Positions 51,862 through 61,560 of a DNA stretch of 64,000 nt are shown one piece after another. The stretch is from an uncultured virus (IMG/VR IMGVR_UViG_3300030328_002383) (Duplodnaviria; Heunggongvirae; Uroviricota; Caudoviricetes), in IMG/VR virus record IMGVR_UViG_3300030328_002383; one strand, written 5' to 3'. Position numbers and translations under genes: made by a program. Under the pieces are notes generated by a model. The model did not search any database. It was not told the DNA's origin and worked only from the letters and a program-made list of their open reading frames with translations. The first letter of the stretch is position 1. Every line of letters begins with the position of its first letter.

Positions 51862-53196
51862 ATGGAAATAAATATGAAAGTAAGAATGCCCGAGAATGCC
51901 AGTCCAATTATGAATATAGTTGGAATTGAAGAGGTGGCTAATGCACCTAACAACTGGTCATATGTGATTGATACATTAAATCACATTACCCAAACTGTTG
52001 AAGTCAAGAAAAATGGAAACTTAGTTCAAGATTACAAGTTAACCTTGAATGAGTTGAAATCCGTTGTTCGTAAAGTAAATGCTGAACTTAGAAAAGAAGG
52101 AAGAAAAGAAGATGTATTGAAAATGTCTGGAACGAAAGAAGATATTATTGACAGATTAGATATTCTATGCAGAACAGAATCAGAGATGTTAATGTTAGAT
52201 GCTGAAATGAATAACAATATTGTAGTTAGCCAAGAACAATTATACGAGTTCTCAAAACTAGGATTATTGACAGATGACTTAGGTGCTTCAACTCAACTAG
52301 GTTGGAACGGTGTTGATGTAACTTCAATCACTAGAACTGGACATTCTGGAATTGATAAAAGAACATGGGTTAACTCGGCTTGTGAATGGGATGGTTTCGT
52401 AGGTTCAGAAGCCTTGAACGGATATGGTACATTTACAGAAGAAAGATACCTATGTAACAAGAATGTAAACTATGCTAGATATGGAACTGATGAAGATGCA
52501 GAATGTAAAATTGTTGAGGAAGAAATTAGACTAGGAAGAACAGTTGAAAAAGTCATTATCGGATATGCTGCAAAAGGAAAACAAACTTGTTCATTATGTG
52601 GCGGAGATGCGATTGTTCCTCATCATAGACCATCAGTATCAGACAAGAATGGAAAACACTTGTCAATGCCATTTATTGAGATAACAAACGGTGTTAGAAG
52701 TGTTAGAATGTCATCAGCATCCGAAGTAGTTGTGAAGAAGTGGAAAGATGCTTGGGGTAATCAGAGAAAAAGAGCAGTTAGACAACCATGTAAACAAAGA
52801 ATCGGAACTGTGCCAGTACATCTTCAAAAGAAAGGTGCTAGAGTATGGGTTAGAAGAAACGGAAAGAGATATGCTACTGATTGTTACTTACAGCAGGTAG
52901 TAGTTGAAACTGATTTCAATTCTCAATTATTCTCCGTTTGGATGGCTATCGAATGTAGTCCTAGAACTTACGAAGATGGTACAAGAATTGAGAATAAGAA
53001 GATACTAGATAGGATTCACCAACCAAGACCATCAAGAATGGCCGTAACTATGGCAAATGCTGTTAGAAATGATAAGAAGTTGAATTATGTTAGAGCATCA
53101 ATATTCAATGAAGATGGAGAGGATATAATGTGGGATGAATTACAATACAAAGCAGATGTCTCAAATGACATTGAAGATGGTGCGGGGGTGGTCTGA
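51862..53196 (+). CDS. Hypothetical protein with SAP-like domain and Cys motifs
   Basis: LTLNELKSVVRK...LKMSGTKEDIIDRL; CSLCGG; AGGAGG RBS. Confidence 0.7.
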   Translation: MEINMKVRMPENASPIMNIVGIEEVANAPNNWSYVIDTLNHITQTVEVKKNGNLVQDYKLTLNELKSVVRKVNAELRKEGRKEDVLKMSGTKEDIIDRLDILCRTESEMLMLDAEMNNNIVVSQEQLYEFSKLGLLTDDLGASTQLGWNGVDVTSITRTGHSGIDKRTWVNSACEWDGFVGSEALNGYGTFTEERYLCNKNVNYARYGTDEDAECKIVEEEIRLGRTVEKVIIGYAAKGKQTCSLCGGDAIVPHHRPSVSDKNGKHLSMPFIEITNGVRSVRMSSASEVVVKKWKDAWGNQRKRAVRQPCKQRIGTVPVHLQKKGARVWVRRNGKRYATDCYLQQVVVETDFNSQLFSVWMAIECSPRTYEDGTRIENKKILDRIHQPRPSRMAVTMANAVRNDKKLNYVRASIFNEDGEDIMWDELQYKADVSNDIEDGAGVV

Positions 53197-53198
53197 AA

Positions 53199-53687
53199 AT
53201 GACCTCCCCCCTCCTTCCTCCTTCCCTTCCTTATCCATTATCATTGGAATTGGTTAGTGACATTATTCATTGTGTTATTATTGAAGATATTCCGTTATTA
53301 TCCATAGAATCAGACATCAAACATTTCAATGAGTTTGGAATACCAATTCATCAAGAATATTTATCATATTCATTTGAAACATTAGCAACTGCTTTCATTC
53401 ATGGAATTGAACCATTGTTTAGATTAAAAATAATTAGCGATTTGACCGAAGAAGAAGTTAGACATTGGGATAATACATTGAAATTAATTAGTAAATATTC
53501 TACCTATGATTACTTCGATAATAATGGTTTAAGTTCTGAAATTAGACAGGGAATAATTGATTCAGATATTGAATCTATATTCAATCCTTTACTAGATATA
53601 ATTCGTTACATGAATAATTCGGATGTAGATTTATTGAGTATGGTTTTAGCCATCAATGAATTATATCATTCTGAGGATATGAGGTGA
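53199..53687 (+). CDS. Hypothetical acidic protein (start uncertain)
   Basis: Co-directional ORF. Confidence 0.55.
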   Translation: MTSPLLPPSLPYPLSLELVSDIIHCVIIEDIPLLSIESDIKHFNEFGIPIHQEYLSYSFETLATAFIHGIEPLFRLKIISDLTEEEVRHWDNTLKLISKYSTYDYFDNNGLSSEIRQGIIDSDIESIFNPLLDIIRYMNNSDVDLLSMVLAINELYHSEDMR

Positions 53688-53691
53688 ATAT

Positions 53692-53865
53692 ATGGATTCT
53701 GAAATTATCATTCTTCATCAATGTCAGAATTGTCCTTGTTACATAGATTCTGGAATTATTTTATGCTCAGATTGTCATAAACAATGGATTATCGACATTA
53801 ACAACGATGCAGACATGATAACGAAACAGCAATTGCCGTTTCCTAGCCTCTCAAGGTGGATTTAA
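53692..53865 (+). CDS. 57-aa C4 zinc-finger protein (not in ORF track)
   Basis: GAGGTGA RBS; CQNC...CSDC. Confidence 0.6.
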   Translation: MDSEIIILHQCQNCPCYIDSGIILCSDCHKQWIIDINNDADMITKQQLPFPSLSRWI

Positions 53866-53903
53866 CGCCGTTAATTAACCCCTAGAGTTCAAACCACTAC
53901 CCC

Positions 53904-53950
53904 CCCCTCTAAAGTGGCTTAAAACGTCACTTTAGGGGGTGCAATTTTTG
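53904..53950. terminator. Hairpin between convergent transcription units
   Basis: CTAAAGTG/CACTTTAG stem extended by C/G runs, followed by T tracts. Confidence 0.5.
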
Positions 53951-54098
53951 GATTTTTTATGGATTAGTGAAAACTAGGTCGCCAAAACCTATGAAAACAC
54001 GACTATACTGAATGGCTACCACCTTTTCAGATACAAAATAATTTTTTTGAAAAAATATTTTTAAGAGACTTGTTTTTGGCTTGTATTGGGTTTGATGA

Positions 54099-54377
54099 CT
54101 ACCGCCCCTCGTCATCGGCCCGCTTATATTCTTTATGCTTGCCGTTAGGGTATACTCTAACTTCTCTAGTAATTATACGACCCTTTTTAATCTCGCGGCG
54201 AATCCACGCAGGTACAGACTTGACAGTCATCTGTTTCCAATGTCTAGGTATTTCTATTGAGAACCTTCTAGCGATTTGTTCTGCGTTTTTCCAATCTCTA
54301 TCGAAGAAACCCTCTTCATACATTCTATCAAAACTTTTTTGAACTCTCACTTTTCTTTTTTCCGGTCCGTGTGTCAT
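54099..54377 (-). CDS. Small basic winged-helix-like protein downstream of terminase
   Basis: WKNAEQIARRF...SVPAWIRRE...KEYK. Confidence 0.5.
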   Translation of the reverse strand: MTHGPEKRKVRVQKSFDRMYEEGFFDRDWKNAEQIARRFSIEIPRHWKQMTVKSVPAWIRREIKKGRIITREVRVYPNGKHKEYKRADDEGR

Positions 54378-55870
54378 TTTCTAATCACTCTCCCACCAAT
54401 ACCCGAACCAATACTAGGTAGTCCTTTACTTCCACCTAACCATTGACCGGCTTTTAGAGTTTTCATAACTACCGGCATATCCGGTGTTCTGTATGTAAAT
54501 TGGTCTATAGCGTGAGCCAAAGCCATAGTAGTATCGTTATGTTTACCTAAGTCAACAATAAGACCCTCTCTCCACGCATGAGTTTCTAATTCTTCTAATA
54601 CCACATTTACTAAACGTCTTGTGTCATCACTACCGAAAGGGAACATAACTAATTCTCTCTCGAACCATACACGCAAACGATTTAATAATCCTTGTTTCAA
54701 AGTCCTATTACTTACCTTGCTTTGTCTGTAGTCTACCATAGCACCTTTTTGAGCCAATAGACTTTCATACATTTGTTGGAATCCTACATCTTCGGCAGCA
54801 ACCGCACAATTACCATAACGCTTTGTCATTTCTATTAATACATCTGCTTGTTTATCCGGTGGGAAGTCATTTCTTCTCCACATATTTACAAAATGGATAT
54901 AACCTTCTGCATCTTGCCTAAGCACAACCATGACGCTGTAATCTTGACCTAAACCGTGTGAAGGGTCGAAACCTATTACATACCTAGAATCATCCCTTTT
55001 ATCCGGCTCTAACACATGGTTTATCTGTAGATTCTTTCTAATTAGATTTCTAGGGTATACTGCGGATTCATCGTCAACCACTTTACACAAATATTCCTGT
55101 GCAAACTCTAAGTCTCCGATAGAGTTTTTTTGTTCTAACAAATATTGTATAGGTCTTAGTTCTTCCCACAATGCAATCGGTTTTACGTTTTCGGGGTCTG
55201 CTCTCCATTCATCCCAGTTAGGTATAGACGACCACACACCAGTTTTCCAATCTTCGTTACCTAACATTTCAGTATGGTATATATCATTCATAGACATAGG
55301 TGTACCAACACAAAACAAACTAGATTTAGGGTCTAGCATAGGCATAACTACTTTACGAAGCCAGTTTCTTAATTGACCTAAGTTCAAATCTTTTTTAGCG
55401 TCTAAAAGAATATCATCTAACACTACAACGCCCGGATGGTCGCCTCTGATAGCACTTCCTACAGAAGTACAACGAATAACTGCACCATTAGTAAGATATA
55501 ATTCTGTTTTACCACCTCTAGTAGTGTCTAAGTATTTACTTAATTGAGGGTGTTTTGTTAAATCACCTCTAATTTCCGCTAAACGTCTAATTGCAGTATC
55601 TCTACTGGCGGAAAACAGCCATGCGTTTATAGGTGCATTGTTGAATCTGTCAAAAATAGCCATGTGTAATAACTTAACACCTACGGTTGTACTTTTAGAA
55701 TGGCCTCTAGGTGCAACTATACATACTTTGTGAACAAACGCCCCTTTTCTATTACCATAAAGGTCTAACCATTCACCAATATGGTCGCCCCATGTGTAAC
55801 CTAACCAACGGTAGAAATAACCTACATCATCCCTACTACGTTCTAAAGACAACTCTGTACTAAAACTCAT
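54374..55870 (-). CDS. terL: Terminase large subunit
   Basis: APRGHSKST, IRG, VVLDD, VGTP, FAQEYLC, GFDPS...DYS, HNDTTMALA. Confidence 0.95.
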   Translation of the reverse strand: MSFSTELSLERSRDDVGYFYRWLGYTWGDHIGEWLDLYGNRKGAFVHKVCIVAPRGHSKSTTVGVKLLHMAIFDRFNNAPINAWLFSASRDTAIRRLAEIRGDLTKHPQLSKYLDTTRGGKTELYLTNGAVIRCTSVGSAIRGDHPGVVVLDDILLDAKKDLNLGQLRNWLRKVVMPMLDPKSSLFCVGTPMSMNDIYHTEMLGNEDWKTGVWSSIPNWDEWRADPENVKPIALWEELRPIQYLLEQKNSIGDLEFAQEYLCKVVDDESAVYPRNLIRKNLQINHVLEPDKRDDSRYVIGFDPSHGLGQDYSVMVVLRQDAEGYIHFVNMWRRNDFPPDKQADVLIEMTKRYGNCAVAAEDVGFQQMYESLLAQKGAMVDYRQSKVSNRTLKQGLLNRLRVWFERELVMFPFGSDDTRRLVNVVLEELETHAWREGLIVDLGKHNDTTMALAHAIDQFTYRTPDMPVVMKTLKAGQWLGGSKGLPSIGSGIGGRVIRK

Positions 55871-55989
55871 TTTGGAACTAACCCCTTTTCAAAACAATAA
55901 GGACATACCCTTTCTAAAACTTTACTTCTTAACATACGGGTAGAAGCCCAACCACATTTAGTACACTTTACAGATTCCCATTTAACCAT
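55867..55989 (-). CDS. 40-aa zinc-ribbon protein (not in ORF track)
   Basis: MVKWESVKCTKCGW...VCPYCFEKGLVPK; GGTGA RBS; ATGA overlap with terL. Confidence 0.65.
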   Translation of the reverse strand: MVKWESVKCTKCGWASTRMLRSKVLERVCPYCFEKGLVPK

Positions 55990-57418
55990 GTTTCATCACC
56001 GGGGCATACAATGTTCCTATAATTCCATCTTGTTTATCTACTAAGTGAGCAAAAAGACCTGCACGTTCTGTAACAAACCCTTTTCTATAATGCCATCTAT
56101 CGTGACCTGCTAGACTAGGTAGTTGTATTACAAAACAACCACCCTTTTCCATCATATGTGTATAATGCTTATGTCCGTGAAACCACATTCTGTTAGAGCA
56201 TTTACCCCAAAGGTTTCTTTCTTCGTTAGCCATAATCAAAGGTAAATCTAAACTCTTAACAAAATCACCGTGAGTAAAACCTAATAAGTTGTTACCCCAA
56301 GTTACATATTGTCTAGACTTAGGACTTACTAAAACAGAAACGTCATCTACGTTCTGATATGCAGCCTCTAAATACAACGCTAGTGCTAAAGCAGCAAATC
56401 TATCGTGATTACCACTCATAAAGACTATTTCTACAGGTGCTACTTTTCTCAACATTTCAATATGCTCTTTTGCTAGTTCACATCCATTCATTAGTATTTG
56501 TGCAGGTGTACCGGACATATCTTGTGCTGTACCCGCAGTAGTTGTACCGCCGTCATTATCTATATGAAACCAGTCACTACCTGTAGCCAAAATTACTTTT
56601 TCCGGCTCACTAGGCAATCTATCAATAAGATTCTGAGTTCTGTTAAGAAGTCTTGACCTAGCCTCTTCCATATCAAAATGCACACCTACTTCATCTACCC
56701 AACCACCTTTACCATAATGTAAATCGGTAGGAGATATAACTACCGCATAAGGATTGCCTTTAGGCATTTTAATTTTCTTAGGGTTTTTTGCTACAGATAT
56801 TTTATTTATATTAGAAACAAACTCATCTAAAAGTGTAGCCCGTAGTTCTCTATATTTTAGAGCATCTTTTTCAATGCCCTCCCATTTTGCTTTATCTATA
56901 TCTACTAAGAGTTTTTGCTTTTCGTTAAACACTAATTCAGTAAGTAAATCTTTTCTATCTTTTGTGACTACTTCTTCATCAGTAAAAGGTATCATACTAT
57001 GCTTCCACTTGTGACTTCTTACATATTCACCTAGCCAAAGTTCGGGTATATGAAACTCTCTAGACATATCACTTACAGTATAGCCGCCAGTCATGTCGCT
57101 GTACGCTCTTTTCATTTTTCTATGTGTTTCACCATTTACTGAAATCATAGTACCCATACTATCTAGATAAGTTAGATACACGTCACTAGCAGCATCATAA
57201 TGAGTTTTTAATCTCTCAATAGGGGCTTCTAGCGGATTACTATATTCTTCCGCAGAAGGTTGAAAATCTCCACCCCACTCTCTTATGGCGAATCGCCAAG
57301 CGTCAATACTTCTTTTTGGCTCTATACTATGCAAAAACCGAGCAAACTCGGATGCGTTGTTAAAGCCGTTAGAAGCATATTTTTCTATTAAGTCCATACC
57401 ACCGTGATACCTTCCCAT
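55982..57418 (-). CDS. Calcineurin-like metallophosphoesterase with N-terminal HTH/coiled-coil region
   Basis: TDLHYG, GSDWFH, SGNHD, FTHGD, HGHKH. Confidence 0.85.
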   Translation of the reverse strand: MGRYHGGMDLIEKYASNGFNNASEFARFLHSIEPKRSIDAWRFAIREWGGDFQPSAEEYSNPLEAPIERLKTHYDAASDVYLTYLDSMGTMISVNGETHRKMKRAYSDMTGGYTVSDMSREFHIPELWLGEYVRSHKWKHSMIPFTDEEVVTKDRKDLLTELVFNEKQKLLVDIDKAKWEGIEKDALKYRELRATLLDEFVSNINKISVAKNPKKIKMPKGNPYAVVISPTDLHYGKGGWVDEVGVHFDMEEARSRLLNRTQNLIDRLPSEPEKVILATGSDWFHIDNDGGTTTAGTAQDMSGTPAQILMNGCELAKEHIEMLRKVAPVEIVFMSGNHDRFAALALALYLEAAYQNVDDVSVLVSPKSRQYVTWGNNLLGFTHGDFVKSLDLPLIMANEERNLWGKCSNRMWFHGHKHYTHMMEKGGCFVIQLPSLAGHDRWHYRKGFVTERAGLFAHLVDKQDGIIGTLYAPVMKHG

Positions 57419-57494
57419 ATAAAGAGTACGGTAGGCAGGGGGTTCTTAAACCTTTTTTTTATGTGACATACAATTCTTTCAGAAAAAATTAATG

Positions 57495-57665
57495 GCTTGC
57501 AGTACAGCGATTTTTTTAATTAATTTATTTGTTCAAAGGGGTACAATTTATTTCGCCGCTTATTCTAACACTATTACTACTATAATTACGTTAGTAATTT
57601 TTCTATACCTTTGAATAAAAAAAAGAATTAAGAAAGTATGGCTCAGTATAGCGTTTTATTTTTTC
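57495..57665 (+). repeat. Dispersed regulatory/origin-like module, inverted copy of 35738-35862
   Basis: GCAGTACAGCGA at 57499, GTTCAAAGG at 57531, ACCTTTGAA at 57607, CAGTATAGCGTTTT at 57644. Confidence 0.75.
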
Positions 57666-57734
57666 TGCAAAAAACAGAAAAAAAAGAAAAAATTAATGAA
57701 AAAGTTTATTATACGCTCAAAAAATGCAAAATAC

Positions 57735-59126
57735 ATGGCGGAACGTAGTTCTTGGAATCCCTTTAGGTCAAGACAAGTTAAGGGGGCGGAAAAAACAATA
57801 AAAAGAATAGGAAGTAATCAAAAGTTCTCTGCGGTAGCGGGTATTCCCGATATAGTTAGAGACACGGAAAGGTTGAGACAGGACAGTAAGTTCGATAATG
57901 AGTTTGACCTTTACGACCACATGATTAAATTAGACCCCGAACTAAACGGGGCGGTTCGTGCTGTATCTTTGACAGCCAACAATTATGAGATAAATTACGA
58001 TAAAGGTAAAAACGCTACTATTAGAAATGCTATACAAGAACTTGTAGAAGAAACGCTAGATTTAGATGATATACTAATCAACAAAATGCGTAACCTAATG
58101 GTTTACGGTAATGACATAAATAAATTAGTCGGTAAAGAAGGTGTGGGCATAACCAACTTACAAAACCTCCCAATCAAACAAATAACTATAGTTGACGAAA
58201 GAGGCGGCTTAGGTTCTTACTTCGTAGCAGACGAAGATAACCCTATTATGAATGCTACTACATATATGGTAAGAGAAGGTACGATGTACGAAGTAGCAAT
58301 ACCTAACCGTGAAATATTACACGTTAGAGTAGATTATAGAAGTAATTGGTTTACAGACAACAAAGGTAGAAAAACTTACGGTGTTTGGGGTGCTTCCCGT
58401 TTTACATCACTAAAACAAGCAATACGAATGAAATACAACACAATGAACAATCGTATCTCATTAGAAGATGCTATGACAAAACAATACATAACTATTGACA
58501 AGTCTGCTATCGAACACATACAAGACCCTGCCGAACAACAAGAAAGGTTACTTTACATTATGGATGAGGTTATTACTTTGTTTCAAGGATTGCGGGGCGA
58601 CCAAATACCCGTACTACCCCACTATGTTGAACTACATCACGTTGATTTAGGTAACGCTTTACCGAACTCAAGTGATTTCTTAGACAGCGTAAATGCTGAC
58701 ATAGCAGCCGTACTACAAGTACCGAGAGTTGCAGCAGGTCAAGAAAAAGGTTCGACATTCGCAGCGACATTTAACGCTAACCTTTGGGCGGTACAAGCAA
58801 TATCTCGTATGCACCGAATCTTACAAGATAGCACTATGAAAATATTTTCCGAGCATTTGAATCTTATTGGTATAGAACACAAAATGAAAGATTTACCTAC
58901 AATCACATTTGACACTATGGATAGTGAAACACCACTAAATGTAATGCAAAGAATGGTTATGGGTTACACAAATGGTATTTTAACACTAAACCAAGCACTA
59001 GAAGGTCTTAGCCTTCCGTCTGCAAAAGACGGAGATAAAAGAAAAGAAACTGAAAGTTCAGATAGTGTAGGTGAATTACCTAGAGAGAACTCTCAACCAT
59101 CAGCACCGACTGAGGATGAACTATGA
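57735..59126 (+). CDS. Portal protein
   Basis: About 463 aa; MVYGN, EILHVR, YGVWGAS, IAAVLQVP, GILTLNQA..L.LP; first gene of the head operon. Confidence 0.85.
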   Translation: MAERSSWNPFRSRQVKGAEKTIKRIGSNQKFSAVAGIPDIVRDTERLRQDSKFDNEFDLYDHMIKLDPELNGAVRAVSLTANNYEINYDKGKNATIRNAIQELVEETLDLDDILINKMRNLMVYGNDINKLVGKEGVGITNLQNLPIKQITIVDERGGLGSYFVADEDNPIMNATTYMVREGTMYEVAIPNREILHVRVDYRSNWFTDNKGRKTYGVWGASRFTSLKQAIRMKYNTMNNRISLEDAMTKQYITIDKSAIEHIQDPAEQQERLLYIMDEVITLFQGLRGDQIPVLPHYVELHHVDLGNALPNSSDFLDSVNADIAAVLQVPRVAAGQEKGSTFAATFNANLWAVQAISRMHRILQDSTMKIFSEHLNLIGIEHKMKDLPTITFDTMDSETPLNVMQRMVMGYTNGILTLNQALEGLSLPSAKDGDKRKETESSDSVGELPRENSQPSAPTEDEL

Positions 59127-59728
59127 AAGTATTAGTCGCTTGTGAGTTTTCCGGTAAAGTAAGAGATTCTTTCATAAGGAAAGGACACGAAGCATTGAGT
59201 TGTGATTTATTACCAAGTGAAAGTAATTTAGGTGAACATTATCAAGGAAATGTTATAGACATACTAAATGATGGGTGGGATTTAATGATTGCACACCCAC
59301 CATGTACTCATTTATCTACATCGGGTGCAAGATGGTTTACCGAAGGACTCAAATCCAAAGAGTTACAAAAAGAGGCTTTAGAGTTTGTAAATGTTCTTAT
59401 GAATGCACCTATAGAAAGAATATGTATAGAAAACCCAGTATCAGTAATTTCTACACAAATTAGAGAACCGGACCAAATTATTAACCCTTATATGTTCGGA
59501 CATAATGCGAGAAAGAGAACGTGTCTTTGGTTAAAAAATCTCCCCACATTAATACCTACAGAAGTAGTTGACCCTCTTTTAATAACTTACAAAGGGAAAA
59601 CATTTTCCCATGATTACGGAGGCACTAATTTAGGTTATAATAAAAGACGGTCTGTTACTTACGATGGTATTGCTAATGCTATGGCTACACAATGGGGGTC
59701 TGTAAAAAATGGAGGTCTTAATTTTTGA
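59123..59728 (+). CDS. Short phage-type C5 DNA cytosine methyltransferase
   Basis: VLVACEFSG, SCDL, catalytic HPPC, ENPV, KRTCLWL. Confidence 0.85.
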   Translation: MKVLVACEFSGKVRDSFIRKGHEALSCDLLPSESNLGEHYQGNVIDILNDGWDLMIAHPPCTHLSTSGARWFTEGLKSKELQKEALEFVNVLMNAPIERICIENPVSVISTQIREPDQIINPYMFGHNARKRTCLWLKNLPTLIPTEVVDPLLITYKGKTFSHDYGGTNLGYNKRRSVTYDGIANAMATQWGSVKNGGLNF

Positions 59729-60234
59729 ATAGTGAAATACAATTTGCGATATATAGTCTACTTTTAGCGGCTTTAGGTGCATTTTCCGTACTAATACTTA
59801 AAAGACACCCGACACCACACAAGAATATGTCGGGGATAAAACAGACTAACCCAAATGAAACACTTATGATAACTTTCGGTATGGGGGTAGTTATGGCTTG
59901 GGTAGTTATTGCGGCTACTGCATCTTATTTTAGTATAGTTGATGAAAGAGAAATCACCGATTCACAACTAACAGTTATTGGTCTATTAGGTGGTCCGGCA
60001 CTTCTTATCATAACAAGTGTACTAGATTTGTTTAAGGGTAAAGAAAGTGCTAAAATAGCAGTATTACCGGACAGGCTAAGTGCTGATGTAGAGTCTACTA
60101 ACGCAGCAAAAAACCATACTCGTAAACTGGAAGAGTTAAAATTACAGCACGATTTAGATATGGAAGCCATGCAACAAAAACATACTTTAGATATGGAAGC
60201 GTTTCAGATTACAAAAGGCAAACAGCCTAAATAA
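59725..60234 (+). CDS. Membrane protein (2-3 TM) with C-terminal coiled coil
   Basis: Hydrophobic segments followed by LEELKLQHDLDME repeats. Confidence 0.6.
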   Translation: MNSEIQFAIYSLLLAALGAFSVLILKRHPTPHKNMSGIKQTNPNETLMITFGMGVVMAWVVIAATASYFSIVDEREITDSQLTVIGLLGGPALLIITSVLDLFKGKESAKIAVLPDRLSADVESTNAAKNHTRKLEELKLQHDLDMEAMQQKHTLDMEAFQITKGKQPK

Positions 60235-60272
60235 TCATTAAACACTAATAACCACAAAGGGGTGGGTGAAGA

Positions 60273-61103
60273 GTGTTGTCACAAGAAGAAGCAGAGTCAA
60301 TTATAGAAACAGTAAACGAAAGGTTTCAAGAACTACGGGCTTTGATGATTACTTTAGCCTCTATTATAGCCCTTGTAATGCCCGGAATGGAAGCAGTAGG
60401 TATTCTTGATTTTACACCGTATGGTGAAGGGGATGACGAATGGATTACTGATGACGATTGGGAAATGGGTGACGATTTTGAATGTGGTGATGGTTCAGTT
60501 ATTGAAGCATCTCTAGTAAATGATGGTTACAAAAATTGCCGAGATGGTTCGGATGAACCCGAAGATGAAGGCGAAGATTGTGAAGAAACGGATAGTTGCG
60601 AAGAACCCGATATTATCTATGGGTGTACCGATGAAGATGCCCTAAACTACGATGAAGAAGCATGGGAAGATGATGGCTCTTGTGAGTTTGAAGAAGAAGA
60701 AGAAACATGGGGATGTACCGATGATACGGCAACAAACTATGACCCATACGCAGATAATGATGATGGCTCTTGTGAATACAAAGAAGGTCAACCATGTGAC
60801 CCCGAAATGTATGATGCGTATTTTGAATACGATAATAGCACTATAACTTTCCATTGGGATGCAGACCTTATCTGCGATAACGAACCCCATAACCTTACAG
60901 TTTATTGGACTATCTACGAAAACGAGTCCGGTAATTGGACTAAGTTACAACCCGAACTAACATACGAAACGTATTATCAAGATTGGGACTATGTAAATGT
61001 ATCAGCAAGTGGTTTACCCAATGGTAAGTATGATATTTTTGCTACTTTTGAGATTCATGGAGATTATTCAAGAGCCGTTGATTGGTATGGGGTTGAGATA
61101 TGA
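60273..61103 (+). CDS. Membrane-anchored acidic protein with LDLa-like domain and GCTD repeats
   Basis: FECGDGSVI...NDGYKNCRDGSDE; two GCTD..A.NYD..A..DDGSC repeats; Ig-like C-terminus. Confidence 0.75.
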   Translation: MLSQEEAESIIETVNERFQELRALMITLASIIALVMPGMEAVGILDFTPYGEGDDEWITDDDWEMGDDFECGDGSVIEASLVNDGYKNCRDGSDEPEDEGEDCEETDSCEEPDIIYGCTDEDALNYDEEAWEDDGSCEFEEEEETWGCTDDTATNYDPYADNDDGSCEYKEGQPCDPEMYDAYFEYDNSTITFHWDADLICDNEPHNLTVYWTIYENESGNWTKLQPELTYETYYQDWDYVNVSASGLPNGKYDIFATFEIHGDYSRAVDWYGVEI

Positions 61104-61170
61104 CGCTTGACGACATCTGTATTATTGGGGTAATAATAGTTATTGCTATTCTTGCTTTAGATGTGGATAA

Positions 61171-61530
61171 GTGGGGCTGATGGATAAAGATGCTGTCATA
61201 GAAAAAATAATAGCAATATTTATGGTCTGTTTTTTTATAATACCTTTTACAGCACCGGCTTACGAAAACAGTCCATTTTATGAACCTAATGCAGTTACTT
61301 GCACAACAGTTAGTGGTGAGATAATAGACAAAGAGCCATTCTATATTATAATAAGGGTAGAAGATAACTACACTTATGTTAGTGAGGATTTTAAGGTATA
61401 TGTAAGTCCTAAAGCATATTATAATTATAGTATAGGTGATACACATATAGAACCAATATGTACTTTATCTGATTATTCTATATACAAAGATTTGATAGAA
61501 AGTCTAAAGGATTCGGGTATCTTGGAATAA
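61171..61530 (+). CDS. Small secreted/membrane protein
   Basis: N-terminal hydrophobic helix followed by a beta-rich domain. Confidence 0.55.
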   Translation: MGLMDKDAVIEKIIAIFMVCFFIIPFTAPAYENSPFYEPNAVTCTTVSGEIIDKEPFYIIIRVEDNYTYVSEDFKVYVSPKAYYNYSIGDTHIEPICTLSDYSIYKDLIESLKDSGILE

Positions 61531-61560
61531 TTAATAAGACAACCGCAAAGTCTTGCTGTC

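Noticed and set aside
51401..51907. Phe-rich minus-strand ORFs of 68 and 86 aa
   Set aside because: Artefacts of A-tract repeats
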